64,000 bases of DNA. Source: Macrostomum lignano. Taxonomy: Eukaryota. A program made the translations under genes and the position numbers. Shown one piece after another: positions 19,260 to 31,300 of the stretch. The stretch spans positions 124,001 to 188,000 of the forward strand of contig NIVC01001761.1 in NCBI GenBank assembly GCA_002269645.1. The letters run 5' to 3'. A model generated the notes under the pieces. That model worked only from the letters and a program-made list of their open reading frames with translations. It did not search any database and was not told the DNA's origin. Position 1 is the first letter of the stretch. Each line of letters begins with the position of its first letter.

Positions 19260-22200
19260 CAGGACCAGCCCCTGCTGTACATTGGCAACATTCCCTCCCG
19301 CTACCAGGCCAGGGACTTGCGCCGTTTCTTTGCCACCTCCGTGGAGTCGGGGGCGTTCGCCTGCTTCCATTTCCGGCATCGACCTCAGCGCATTGCCGCT
19401 GCTGCATCGACTTCAGCAGCCGCGTCGTCTGGCAAGAAGGCGCCACGCCTGCTGTGCTGCTACGCTCGAGCCAGCTCGCCTCAGGCCGCCAATGAGGTGA
19501 GGACCGTCACAACTTGCATGGCCCAGCTGTCACCGAAGGCTGTGGTCCAAATTGTGATTGAGTTGGCGTGCGCCTCCAGTGCTATGAAATGCCCTTTAAA
19601 GTTACAGCCCACATCAGTATAAGTGTGAAAACCCAGGAAATTCTCTAAACACTTTGGAACCCACCTAGTAGAGGTTCGAATTTGCTTCTTGAAACCCTGA
19701 AAGCGATTAAGGACTCACGGATCATCTCTAACGTCAGAATAATACGCTCGTAACCCTCTAATTTTTTGGAGCTCCCGACACTGGAACACCTCTAGTGACC
19801 CCGGAACCCTCTAGTGACCCTGGAACCCTCTAGTGACCCTGAAACCCTCTAGTGACAATAGGACCCCTGTAGTGACCCTGGAACCCCTCTAGTGACCCTG
19901 GAACCCTCTAGTGACCCTGGAACCCTCTAGTGACCCTGGAACCCTCTAGTGACCTTGGAACCCTCTAGTGACCCTGGAACCCTCTAGAGACCCTGGAACC
20001 CCTCTAGTGACCCTGAAACCCTCTAGTGACAATAGGACCCCTGTAGTGACCCTGGAACCCCTCTAGAGACCCTGAAACCCCTTTAATGACCCTGGAACCC
20101 CTGTAGTGACCCTGGAACCCTCTAGTGACCCTGAAACCCTCTAGTGACAATAGGACCCCTATAGTGACCCTGGAACCCCTCTAGTGACCCTGGAACCCTC
20201 TAGTGACCCTGGAACCCTCTAGTGACCCTGGAACCCTCTAGTGACCCTGGAACCCCTCTAGTGACCCTGGAACCCTCTAGTGACCCTGGAACCCTCTAGT
20301 GACCCTGAAACCCTCTAGTGACAATAGGACCCCTGTAGTGACCCTGGAACCCCTCTAGAGACCCTGAAACCCCTTTAATGACCCTGGAACCCCTGTAGTG
20401 ACCCTGGAACCGCTCTAGTGACACCAAAGCATCCCTCTAGTGACCTTGGAGCCCTCTAGTGACTGCGGGTCTCGTAAGGAACCACAGAAACAAACCGGAG
20501 AATCTGAAACCGGAGCCTCTCCATCGCTCTCCATCGCAGGTGATGAGGCTGCACAGCGGCAGCCAGTGGCGCGCCTACTCCGGCGTCAGGGAGCTGCCGC
20601 TCGGCCTGCGCTGCCTCATCTCCGTCTGCGACTCGGCCTCCGCCGCGGTGCCCGCCGGGTTGACCGCCGATCTCCGGAGCCTGACGGGGCCGCAGCTGGC
20701 CAGGGCATTGAAGCGGCACGGCCTGCAGGTTGGTGGCGGCGCCGTCCCGTCTTGAAATTCGATGCTGCAACAGCAGATCTCACCCCTGAGATAGCAGATC
20801 TCACCCCTGCGACAGTAGATTTCACCCCTGCGATAGCAGATCTCACTATATGCATCTGCAGATCTCACCCCTGCAACAGCAGATCTCACCCCCTGCAATC
20901 AGCAGATCTCACCCCCTGCGACAGCAGATCTCACCCCTGAGATAGCAGATCTCACCCCTGCAACAGCAGATCTCACCCCTGCGACAGTAGATTTCACCCC
21001 TGCGATAGCAGATCTCACTATATGCATCTGCAGATCTCACCCCTGCAACAGCAGATCTCACCCCCTGCAATCAGCAGATCTCACCCCCTGCAACAGCAGA
21101 CATCTCACCCCCTGCAATTAGCAGATCTCACCCCCTGCAACAGCAGATCTCACCCCCTGCAATTAGCAGATCTCACCCCCTGCAATCAGCAGATCTCACC
21201 CCCTGCAATTAGCAGATCTCACCCCCTGCAATCAGCAGATCTCACCCCCTGCAATCAGCAGATCTCACCCCCTGCAATCAGCAGATCTCACCCCCTGCAA
21301 TTAGCAGATCTCACCCCCTGCAATCAGCAGATCTCACCCCTGCAACAGCAGATCTCACCCCCTGCAATTAGCAGATCTCACCCCCTGCAATCAGCAGATC
21401 TCACCCCTGCAACAGCAGATCTCACCCCCTGCAATCAGCAGATCTCACACCAGCAACAGCAGATCTCACCCGCTGCGATAGCAGATCTCACCCCTGCAGA
21501 TCTCAGTCCGTGGGATTCTAGACTCCAGTTATTAAGTAAAAAGGAAAAACTCCAGTTAGCCAAGATCTGCTAACTCAGGGGTGAGATCTGCAATCGCAAA
21601 GGCTGAGATCTGCAGTGAAACTCTGCTGTCTACCTATGCAGGTGGGCGCCAGCGGCCGGCCGCAGCCTGTGGAGCTGTGCCCGCCAGCCTGCATGCCGCA
21701 GGGCAACGTTGGCACGCCAACCAGCCACTTCCTTGGCCTGGTGCAGCGCTGCCAGCTTCCTGCAGGCCTCATCGCCAGCCTGGGCCTGGATCTGCGCTCG
21801 GCCGGCAAGCGGCGGGGCAAATTCTCCGCCGTGCCCTTCGACTACGGCGGCGCCGTCCGAAGCTTCTCGACGTCTGCGCCGCCGCGGGTCGATCTTGATG
21901 AGGAAGATTCGAACATGGCCGAAAATCATTTACGGCCAGACACTCCGGACGAGGAGGCCGGACAAGCGGCTGGCGGCACGGATGATGAAGAGGAGGCTGA
22001 AGAGGAAGACGAGCCAGCCGAGGACTGGGAGCGGTTCGAGGCGCTTCACGACGATCCGCACAACGTGGACCGGTGGAAAGAGCGCAAGTGAGTTTATGGT
22101 GATGATGCGCTACTTATGACTACTGCAGTTAGTAGTGTGATGGGAACTCATGCGATTTCTTTATGAAAGTTGAAAATTGATCTGACGTGGTAGAGTGACA

Positions 22201-23971
22201 AGCAGACACCATTGGGACTGACAGGTGAACAATCTAGAGTGACAAGTGAACAACCCGGAGAGTGACAGGTGAACAACCCAGAGAGTGACAGGCGAACAAC
22301 CCAGAGAGTGACAGGTGAACAACCCAGAGAGTGACAGGTGAACAACCCAGAGAGTGACAGGCGAACAACCTAGAGAGTGACAGGCGAACAACCCAGAGAG
22401 TGACAGGCGAACAACCCAGAGAGTGACAGGCGAACAACCTAGAGAGTGACAGGCGAACAACCCAGAGAGTGACAGGCGAACAACCCAGAGAGTGACAGGC
22501 GAACAACCTAGAGAGTGACAGGCGAACAACCTAGAGAGTGACAGGCGAACAACCTAGAGAGTGACAGGCGAACAACCTAGAGAGTGACAGGCCCCCAGCG
22601 GAGTCCATTCCTTACTGCCGCAAATTCCGAAACGCAGATACGAGGAGCCGCTGGAAATCGTGTGGGAGAAGGGCGGGCCCGGCCTGGTGTGGTACACGGA
22701 CGAGCAGTTCTGGCGCCAAGGCGAGAAACTCGAACTATTCGATGACCCAACCAACTACGACTGGGACCTGGACATGTCCGCCTACGAGGCCGCCGGGGAC
22801 GCCGCGCCTGGAGACGCGGACGCGCGCGACCTGCTGGACATGCGGCGCTTCGGCGCGTTCGAGCGGCACACGCGCGGCTTCGGGTCCGACCTGCTCAGGC
22901 GGCAGGTGAGCGACTGGGAGGGGGGATGAGGCTTTGAGCTTGGCTTCTTGGACTGAAGACTGGTGGCGGCCCGAACAAATTGAATAGAGCTCAAAACATT
23001 TTAGTGAGAAGTTGACCCGATTAGAGTTGGAAGTGGACAAACAGTAGGAAATCAGGCTCGGTAGACATTGGAGTGCGCAGTAGGCTTAGAAGTAGACATA
23101 CGGGAGGGAAAAGTACGAGTAGACGCAGTTGAGTGAGAAGTAGACATAGTTAAGTGTGAAGTAGACTCGGTTAAGTGTGAAGTAGACTCGGTTAAGTGAG
23201 AAGTAGACAGTTGAGTGAGAAGTAGACATAGTTAAGTGTGAAGTAGACTCAGTTGAGTGAGAAGTATACTTAGTTGAGTGAGAAGTAGACATAGTTGAGT
23301 GTGAAGTAGACTCAGTTGAGTGAGAAGTAGATACAGTTGTGAGAAGTAGACACATTTCAGTGAGAAGTAGACAGTTGAGTGAGAAGTAGACACAGTTGAG
23401 TGAGAAGTAGACATAGTTAAGTGTGAAGTAGACTCAGTTGAGTGAGAAGTAGACAGTTGAGTGAGAAGTAGACATAGTTAAGTGTGAAGTAGACTCAGTT
23501 GAGTGAGAAGTAGACTTAGTTGAGTGAGAAGTAGACTCAGTTAAGTGAGAAGTAGATAAGGTAGGTTCTGTCTCGCACCCGCAGGGCTGGGCGGGTCCGG
23601 GCTCGGCGGTTGGCGGCAGCGGCAGCGGAGGCGGCGGCCTGACGGAGCCGCTGTCGGCGGAGCCGCGCCCATCGCGCGCCGGCTTCGGCTACCGCGGCCC
23701 CGCACTGCTGCCCCGCGGCCACCCGACCTCCACTGACAAGTTCAATTCCAATGGCCTGACGCGCCGGGAAGCGGCGCTGGTGGCGCGCGCGCGAGCGACC
23801 GGCGCCTACGTGGCTGCGGCGCACGACCGGCCGGCAGTCCGGGCCGCCGTGGACCCCGGAGACAGCCTGCTGGTGCGGGCGAATCCCGACAGGCTGAAGT
23901 ACCGCCCGGCTGCCGAGGCTGCCAGCGCCGCCGCTCATGCTGGAGGCCGCGGCGCCGGCAGTAGCAAATGA
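19260..23971 (+). CDS. GPATCH3: G-patch domain-containing protein 3 (first coding exon/start codon not located)
   Basis: Exons 19260-19496, 20540-20728, 21642-22087, 22638-22905, 23585-23971 with matching phases. Motifs LLYIGNIPSRYQARDLRRFF...CFHFRHRP, MPQGNVGTP, EDWERFEALHDD, WEKGGPGLVWYTD, WDLDMSAY, G-patch FERHTRGFGSDLLRRQGWAGPG...AGFGY follow the order recalled for human GPATCH3. Confidence 0.9.
19790..20460. repeat. 19-20-bp minisatellite CCCTCTAGTGACCCTGGAA, GPATCH3 intron
   Basis: Direct inspection. Confidence 0.95.
20770..21500. repeat. About 22-bp minisatellite GCAGATCTCACCCCCTGCAATCA, GPATCH3 intron
   Basis: Direct inspection. Confidence 0.95.
22190..22590. repeat. 23-bp minisatellite GAGAGTGACAGGCGAACAACCCA, GPATCH3 intron
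   Basis: Direct inspection. Confidence 0.95.
23085..23560. repeat. About 21-bp minisatellite AGTTGAGTGAGAAGTAGAC, GPATCH3 intron
   Basis: Direct inspection. Confidence 0.9.
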
Positions 23972-24042
23972 GTAGTATGCGGCGCAATTTCCGCGCGGAT
24001 TTGTCTGCAGTCTTTCGGTTTTTGTTTTCTGTCCTTCTGTTT

Positions 24043-24500
24043 CCGCCCCTCGGTCTCCGCCCCTCGGTCTCCGCCCCTCGGTCTCCGCCCCTCGGTCTCC
24101 GCCCCTCGGTCTCCGCCCCTCGGTCTCCGCCCCTCGGTCTCCGCCCCTCGGTCTCCGCCCCTCGGTCTCCACCCCTCGGTCTCCGCCCCTCGGTCTCCGC
24201 CCCTCGGTCTCCGCCTCTCGGTCTCCGCCCTTCGGTCTCCGCCCCTCGGTCTCCTCCCTCCCGGTCTCCGCCCCTCGGTCTCCTCCCTCCCGGTCTCCGC
24301 CCCTCTGTCTCCGCCCCTCTGTCTCCACTCCTCTGTCTCCACTCCTCGGTCTCCACTCCTCGGTCTCCGCCCCTCGGTCTCCGCCCCTCTGTCTCCGCCC
24401 CTCGGTCTCCGCCCTCGGTCACCGCCCCCGGTCTCCGCATCTCTGTCTTCGCTTCTCGGTCTCCGCCCCTCGGTCTCCGCCCCTCAGGCTTCACCCCTCG
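24043..24500. repeat. 14-bp minisatellite CCCTCGGTCTCCGC downstream of the GPATCH3 stop
   Basis: Direct inspection. Confidence 0.95.
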
Positions 24501-24879
24501 GTCTCTGCCCTCTGCCTCTCTGCCACCTTATTCAGTGATCAGCTGATGCAGCTATCTTTCTGCGCGATAAATCTTGTAAATACTCGTAAAGTGAGGCATG
24601 TTTGCAGTGTAAAATAAACCCGCACATAACAGATTTACATTTTGCGCTTCCACTGCGCCAATGCTATTGGCTATTCAGCTTGAATATTAATTTCTGCTTA
24701 TTATTTTGACTTTAGTTTTAACTTTTTGATTTTTGAAGTTTTTGTTAACTCTGTGTTAGCGTAAGATTAGAAGTTAGAAATTAATTTCTGTGCAAAGTAG
24801 TCTGAAAATTGTTTAGCTGGCACGAGGCGGACACTTCAAGCAAGTACAAGATGTACTTTCCTGTGTGAAACACTGGCTC

Positions 24880-25140
24880 GAAGAGGGTCGGTTTTTGAGA
24901 AAGATGGGGGCGATTCTCCAGGAGAGTCGGTTTTGAGGAAGAGGGGGCAATTCTCCAGGAGAGTCGGTTTTGAGGAAGAGGGGGCGATTCTCCAGGAGAG
25001 TCGGTTTTTTGAGAAAGAGGGGTGCGATTCTCCAGGAGAGTCGGTTTTTGAGAAAGAGGGGGGCGATTCTCCAGGAGAGTCGGTTTTTGAGAAAGAGGGG
25101 GGCGATTCTCCAGGAGAGTCGGTTTTTGAGAAGGGGGCGA
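24880..25140. repeat. About 38-39-bp minisatellite GCGATTCTCCAGGAGAGTCGGTTTTTGAGAAAGAGGGG
   Basis: Direct inspection, about 6 copies. Confidence 0.9.
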
Positions 25141-26348
25141 TTTTACTCGCACGCATGTACGCACACCAGTACCAGCCTGGAAGTCCGTGGTAACCATGGT
25201 TACAAACGTATACAATCTGACTTTATAACTTGTTATTATGTTGATGCTTTATACTATACTCATATTCATATCTGTGCTGTAGTACTATTGTGACGCGAAA
25301 CGGTGGCAAGAGGAGCAGTCATGCCTGGAGAGGGCCATGCTGACTGCTCCAAGATCTCTACGCAGGAGGGGGGAGGGACAGCGGACGGGCAGGCACAAGA
25401 CTGCCTGCAATTCCGAGTGTCGTGCCATCTGCGGAGATGCTCAGAGTCAGTACAGAACTTGACCACCGAGGCGGGGATGGGGGCCCCTGGGCTTGGCTCC
25501 AGAAGCGCGCTGGCAGAGCCAGCAGGTCAGCACACTCGTCGCCGAGGAAACCAGCGTGGTCCGGGATCCATTTGGCCGACCAATACTTGTCAGTGTCGAG
25601 TCACACGGGCGATAAAAATTACGTGCAAGCTGTTTGATGGCGTTCCTCATGAACGAGCCTTCAGCACTGATGAGGATTCTGAACTTTTTTCAAGCTAAGC
25701 TACACTCCTACACAGGAGTAGCTGGAGTCTTTCTTGCACACACGACCCCATAAGTAGAGCAAGGTGCCGACTCTCCAAGGTCAAGTTGTTTAAAATTTAA
25801 AAGGCTTGTTTAGGTCACACGCTTAGACCGTCGAAAGTATTAGTAAACATTTCTTGTTAGAATGCCAAATCTCGTCTCGACTTTCGTCTCAAAAATTTAA
25901 TTCGTCACGAGGTAATGCGAAGAGCCACCTTAACCGCTTGCTGCATGGGGAGGCCGCAGTTCGCGATAAAGCTGGCCCGGTCAAGGTATCTGCTTATCTT
26001 AGCAGCAAAATATCACCTGATATTCTGAAGTATCATTAGGAAATCGCCAAAAATGAAAGAATAAATTTCTACTGCGTGCTCTGGCAACCAAGACAGGTTG
26101 ATAAGCCAGGCCTGAGTGCAGAGCTGGCTTCAGGTGGAATGTCTCCAAAACTGTCAGAGCTTGAGCTGCAGTTTTCCGCTGTTTCACTGCCTGCCTTATC
26201 GCTGCAGTCGGGGCTGCTTTCGACTTTCTCAAAAAAATTCAAGATAAAAGGCGAGCCACCAGGCCTAGCAGCAGCTGGGAGTGCGACCGATTGCCCATAG
26301 TTGGTCGAATTTCTACTCTTCGAAATTTCCAGCGCTCTACGAATTCAA

Positions 26349-27104
26349 ATGCGATTTTTACTGCCGAATCTGGCGCTGAGCGCCCTGGCGGTGGGCCTTG
26401 CGATGGCGGTCTTGATGCCTGCGCCCGCTGCCGCGTTCAGCTTCAGACTGTTCCGCCGGTCCGCCAACTTCAGCACCAACGCGACCGTCGCCGTGAAGAA
26501 TGCAACCAACGTCACTTATGGTGGCTACGCCCGAACTGTGCAGTTCCTTGTGCGAAAGGTGGACGACTCGACTCCGTACTACAGGTGATTCGCGCTTGTT
26601 CGCCTTCAGTAGTTGCAAAGTGAGTACGTGTTATCATAAGCGCAATACATTAATCAATTTTCCCAACATATACCGGCATTTAACAGGAGTATGGCCTTCC
26701 AAGTGCCGGAGGAGCTCAACTACATGATGGGCGACAACCTGTACAGGGACTTCGCCAGTGCTTTGGGGCGCCACTGCAACGTCACTAACATCACTCGGAT
26801 TGTGCGCAACAACCTGCAGCTGCTGCAGACTGACGATGACGTCTGGAGGATCCAAGACGGCGACCGTATCGAGATCTGGACAAACAGCAGCGGGCCGGCG
26901 ACCAGGGCGGAAACCGCTAGCGCCTTCGCCAAGGCACCCCGTAGGAAGGGCTGCCCGCCAATGGGACCTCCAGGTCGTCCCGGACGCCCTGGTGGTCGTC
27001 CCGGTCGTCCCGGACGTCCCGGTCGTCCAGGAGGTCGCATGGAAGAGATGACGATCGGAGAGGAGCCCATTGTGGTGCCCGACTGGGACGAAATGGACGA
27101 CTGA
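26349..27104 (+). CDS. Orphan secreted protein, 217 aa: signal peptide, N-glycosylation sequons, small globular domain, C-terminal (P)GRP repeats and acidic tail
   Basis: Exons 26349-26584 and 26687-27104 (AG|GTGATT ... TAACAG|G), 654 nt in frame, GC-rich codon-like composition. Hydrophobic N-terminus MRFLLPNLALSALAVGLAMAVLMPAPAAA. Confidence 0.7.
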
Positions 27105-28384
27105 GTGGCGCTTAAGCTGAGAAGCTTCACCGAGCCATGTGGGCAAACTGATTGACTAATCGTACATATAGGCTGATAAGACAGTTCAATTTTACTCCTT
27201 AAGTCTTAACAAAATCTAATTGACTGGAGTGTTCCGCCAATAAATACACGATCTACTTCTCAGTGTATTACGCTACTTAAGATGAAGTTATAAGTACCGA
27301 TTTGTGAAACAGATTTGCAAGCAAATAGCGCGTAGCGAGCGAGATCGTGGGCGACGAGCCTTTTTAGTGCTTTTGTAATGAGAAAAAAGTGAAAATAAAA
27401 CGAACATTCGCCGAGTCAATAAAACCTTGATTGACTGACGGAAGGAACTGGCGATCAGCAGTTTTGAGATAAAAACTGCAATTCAATATTTTGCAAATGA
27501 GCAAGCTATTCATAATATGAGGTTAGAGAATTCGTGCCCGAGCAGAATTCTGCTCCGAGTCAGAGCATGCAAGCCAGGCCATTCTGCTCCGAGTCAGAGC
27601 ATGCAAGCCAGGCCATTCTGCTCCGAGTCAGAGCATGCAAGCCAGGCCATCATCTCACTAACCAGTGCTGGGTGCAAATACGCTATGAGGCAATGCGTGC
27701 CTTCAGATTTCTTAGACAGCAAGCTAGGCTAGTAAAAACGCGGTGGGTTTAGCCTACTTTTAGAGATAGGCAGGTGCCCCCGAATGTGCGAGCTCCACAG
27801 ACACTGAGTGAGCTGCAGCACAATGGCGGACTCATTGTGCCTGTTGTGAGGCCAGGTCGGGACAGGGCCTCTTCAGCCAGCAGAGAATGCCTTCATTCTT
27901 CCTTCCATTGTATTTTTTCATCGAACGCGTCATCTCAGCAGCAATGGGCCGTCGAACCGCCGCGAGCGCACCGAACACAAGGAGCGAAAAAACACGACAG
28001 ACAGTCATCAACTGGGGCTTTACTTTCAAGTTCGCTGCCCAGACTGAAAACTGAAGGCTTTCGGAAGCAACGAAAAGCAAAAAGAGAAAAGCATAGCGAG
28101 TGCGCCTCCAGCACAGAGCCGCAGCAGAAAGCGGGCGCACTCGAGCAAAAAAAATTGTCTGAACCTCTGGAGCCCGCGCCCGGCCCTATTAATTGGCTTC
28201 TTGTGAACAGCCCCTTTCTGTTAAAAAGCTAGAGAGCGCCATCAGTGAGAGGAGGCAGTTCGCAACCCAGACAGTTTGAACACCACAGAAGCACCGCCCG
28301 CACGTTTAAAACAATTATTAACCGGTTAAACGGAAAGAAACTCGGCGCACTCTAAGCGGCATCCCACGAGAGCAATCCGCCGGA

Positions 28385-31300
28385 ATGAGCAGCCTGTGGT
28401 CCGCCTACCCGTCGGTGACGCAGCTTCGCCAGCTGCTTGATGACAAAGCTGAGGACGTTGACAGTCGTCAGAATGACCGGACGCTGCTGCACCGGGCCGC
28501 GACAGACAACAAACTTGAGGTGATCCGTCTGTTGAAGGAGCACGGCGCCGATCTGAACGCCTTAAACAGCGCAGGCAAGTCGGCTCTCAACCTGGGCCTC
28601 GAGAAGCGCCACTTTGAGACCGTGGAGCTGCTGCTAGAGCTGGGAGCCGATCCTAACACTGCCACTGTGAACACGGAGTCGACCCTGCACCAAGCGGCCG
28701 CAATCAAAGACTCCAGGTTCATCAGCCGACTGCTCGCACATGGAGCCAAATGCAATGCGCCGGATCGGTTGAACGACTGGCCAATCCATCGGGCCTCCCT
28801 AGAGGAGTACCTGGAGACGGTGGGCGTCCTCCTACATGAACACTCTGAGCACATCAACGTCATTGGCAACCGCGGACTCACCCCGCTGCACATCGCGGCC
28901 ACAAACAGCAACGCGGAACTGTTTGCCGTACTTGTTGAGCACGGAGCCGACATTGCTGTTAAAGACTTGCAAGGACGGACGCCGCTTGATCTGGTGATCA
29001 TGAACCAGGACAACGCAATCCTCGATACCTACGGGTATCTGCTGGCGAACAAGGTAGTCAAGTGTCCGGAAGCCGGAAGTTTCCGCACGGTTTTCAGCAC
29101 GGACTCAGCTAGAAAGTTTTTAGACACTCTGACCAAGATTGACAACGAGTACAGGCGCACTTTCGTCCCAACGGACACAGACATTGAGTACTTCCAAAAC
29201 CGGCTGGATGAAGCAACCAACGAAATGCTGTTGAGCTATATTGAGTCAGACGAACGAATCGACATCAACGAGTTTGTACAGATCATAATCCGAGCTGTAA
29301 GCAACGGCTTGGTAGACGAAATCATCTCCAAGGACCTGGTGCCCAAGATAGCAGAGAGCATCTTTCGACATGTGCTCGTAACTGAGAATGAGATTTTGCT
29401 GCAGGAACTCATGAATCTAGGAGTTCTGTGGGGCAAGATCGTTCAATTCTTGGAAAGTAACATAGTCGAGGTGTACGAGAAGACGCTTATTGCAAAGCGG
29501 GTGGGGATCCGAGGCCTGGTCTGGCGCGAGTGCCTTAAAGACGAAGATGATGAAGACGAAGACGAAGACCAGAAGCAACAAACGAAAATCCTCGGTTCCG
29601 GCGAAAGCTTGCAAGAAGTGACGCAACGAGTCTCCTACGACAAGCTGCACATGCTAGTGTCCAAAACCACGAAACTGTGGCAGCTGAGGCACACCGACTT
29701 CATTGACGAACAGACGGATCGTTGCAACTTGGACTCGCCGATAGAAGTAATGAAGGACCCAGTCCGTACCCTGGCTATGTGGAGCGTGCTCACAGGCCGG
29801 TTTAAGTTAACGCCACACCTTCTGCGCCAAGAGCCGTACGATCTCATCCCACAGGCGCTTCTCATGGCTAAACTGCTTCGCTGCCTCAGCATCCTGCGAA
29901 GCATCGAGGACGTTTATAGAAACAAGGCAATAAATATGGCCAACACGTGCGAGGGGATCGCTATTCAAGCTCTGCGACGCATTAAGGAATTCGACACGTC
30001 GCAGAACAACATTCTCACCATGGAGTACCTGAGGCTTCCGCTCCGATCCTACGGTGACTACGACGCCATCGACCTGGCCGCCAGGGGCGAGTCCAGCAGC
30101 TTCGTCACCATCGATGTGGTACAGGACACGTTAGACATGTTCTGGTACTCCGACTTCTTCTTCGTCCGCAGCAACGTCTGGAAGATGGAGGGCGCCATTC
30201 TCATGGGTTTCGTGCCGCCGCTCATGCTGCTCCTACCGCTGATCATGGAACGCTTCCGTAAAGAGTCGCCAACCTTTAAGAATCCTGAGATCTTGCAGGA
30301 CAGCAAGTTCGTGCAGGTGAAAAGCGCGTTGCACAGCCACAACGAGCATCACGGGCACGAGATGACAGGCGCAGAGGAGCGGCTCCTGCCGCAGCCACCT
30401 GAAGCGGAAGTGCCGCCCAAGAAGCCATCGTATGTGCGGCGAGTATTCAAAGAGTTAAACGCCTTCTATGATATCCCCTGCGTAAAATTTCGGTTCCACG
30501 TGACGGCGCACGTGATGTTTGTTCTGCTTCTGTCGTTCGTCGTGATGCGCCTATTCAACAAGAGGATGAGTGTGTCGGAGTGCATCTGCTACGTGTGTCT
30601 GCTGGGCTTTCTGGTGGAAGAAATTAACGAGATCTTCAAGAGCAAAAAGGACGAATCGCTCGCCTCCTACTTCTCGGATGGCTGGAACCTGATCGATCTG
30701 ACGGCTATACTTTGTGGCATCATAAGCTTTGCGTTGAGGCTGGATGACGAAATTTCAGGAAAGTCTGAGCATGCTGAGAGTGTTCGATACTGGGCTCTGG
30801 TGCTGCTGTCAACAACCTGCCTGGTGTACTGGATTCGACTGCTATTCGTTTCGGTGATCTTGGAAAGCCTCGGCCCCAAGCTGAAGATGATGGCGCTCAT
30901 GGTGAAGAAAGACTTCCTGCCATTCTTGTATATCCTGTTCATCCTGATGATCGGCTTCGGAGTTGTGTTCCAGGCGCTGCTGTACCCACCGACCAACTTT
31001 GGCACATCATCTCTGAGCCCAGGGGATACCGACAACGGCACAGAGGCGCAGGAGATCGCTGTGCGGATGTTCAGAACGACCTTCTTTATGATCGTCGGCG
31101 AGTACGGCCTGGATGACAAGACGAATCTCTGCAGTTCTCCGGATGCCAAAGAAGACTGCGTTCACGAGACAGGATCTCTGCTGGTTACTAACATCTTCAT
31201 GGTCATCTACATCGTGATAGTCCAGATTCTTCTGCTCAACGTCATCGTGGCGATGTTTAGCGAGACAATTGACGCCGTGAATCGCGAGTCAACCGCCATG

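Noticed and set aside
25300-25700. GC-rich islands here and at about 34760-35400 with short ORFs
   Set aside because: No recognisable protein motif, termini or splice pattern; possibly retroelement UTR fragments, but unsupported.
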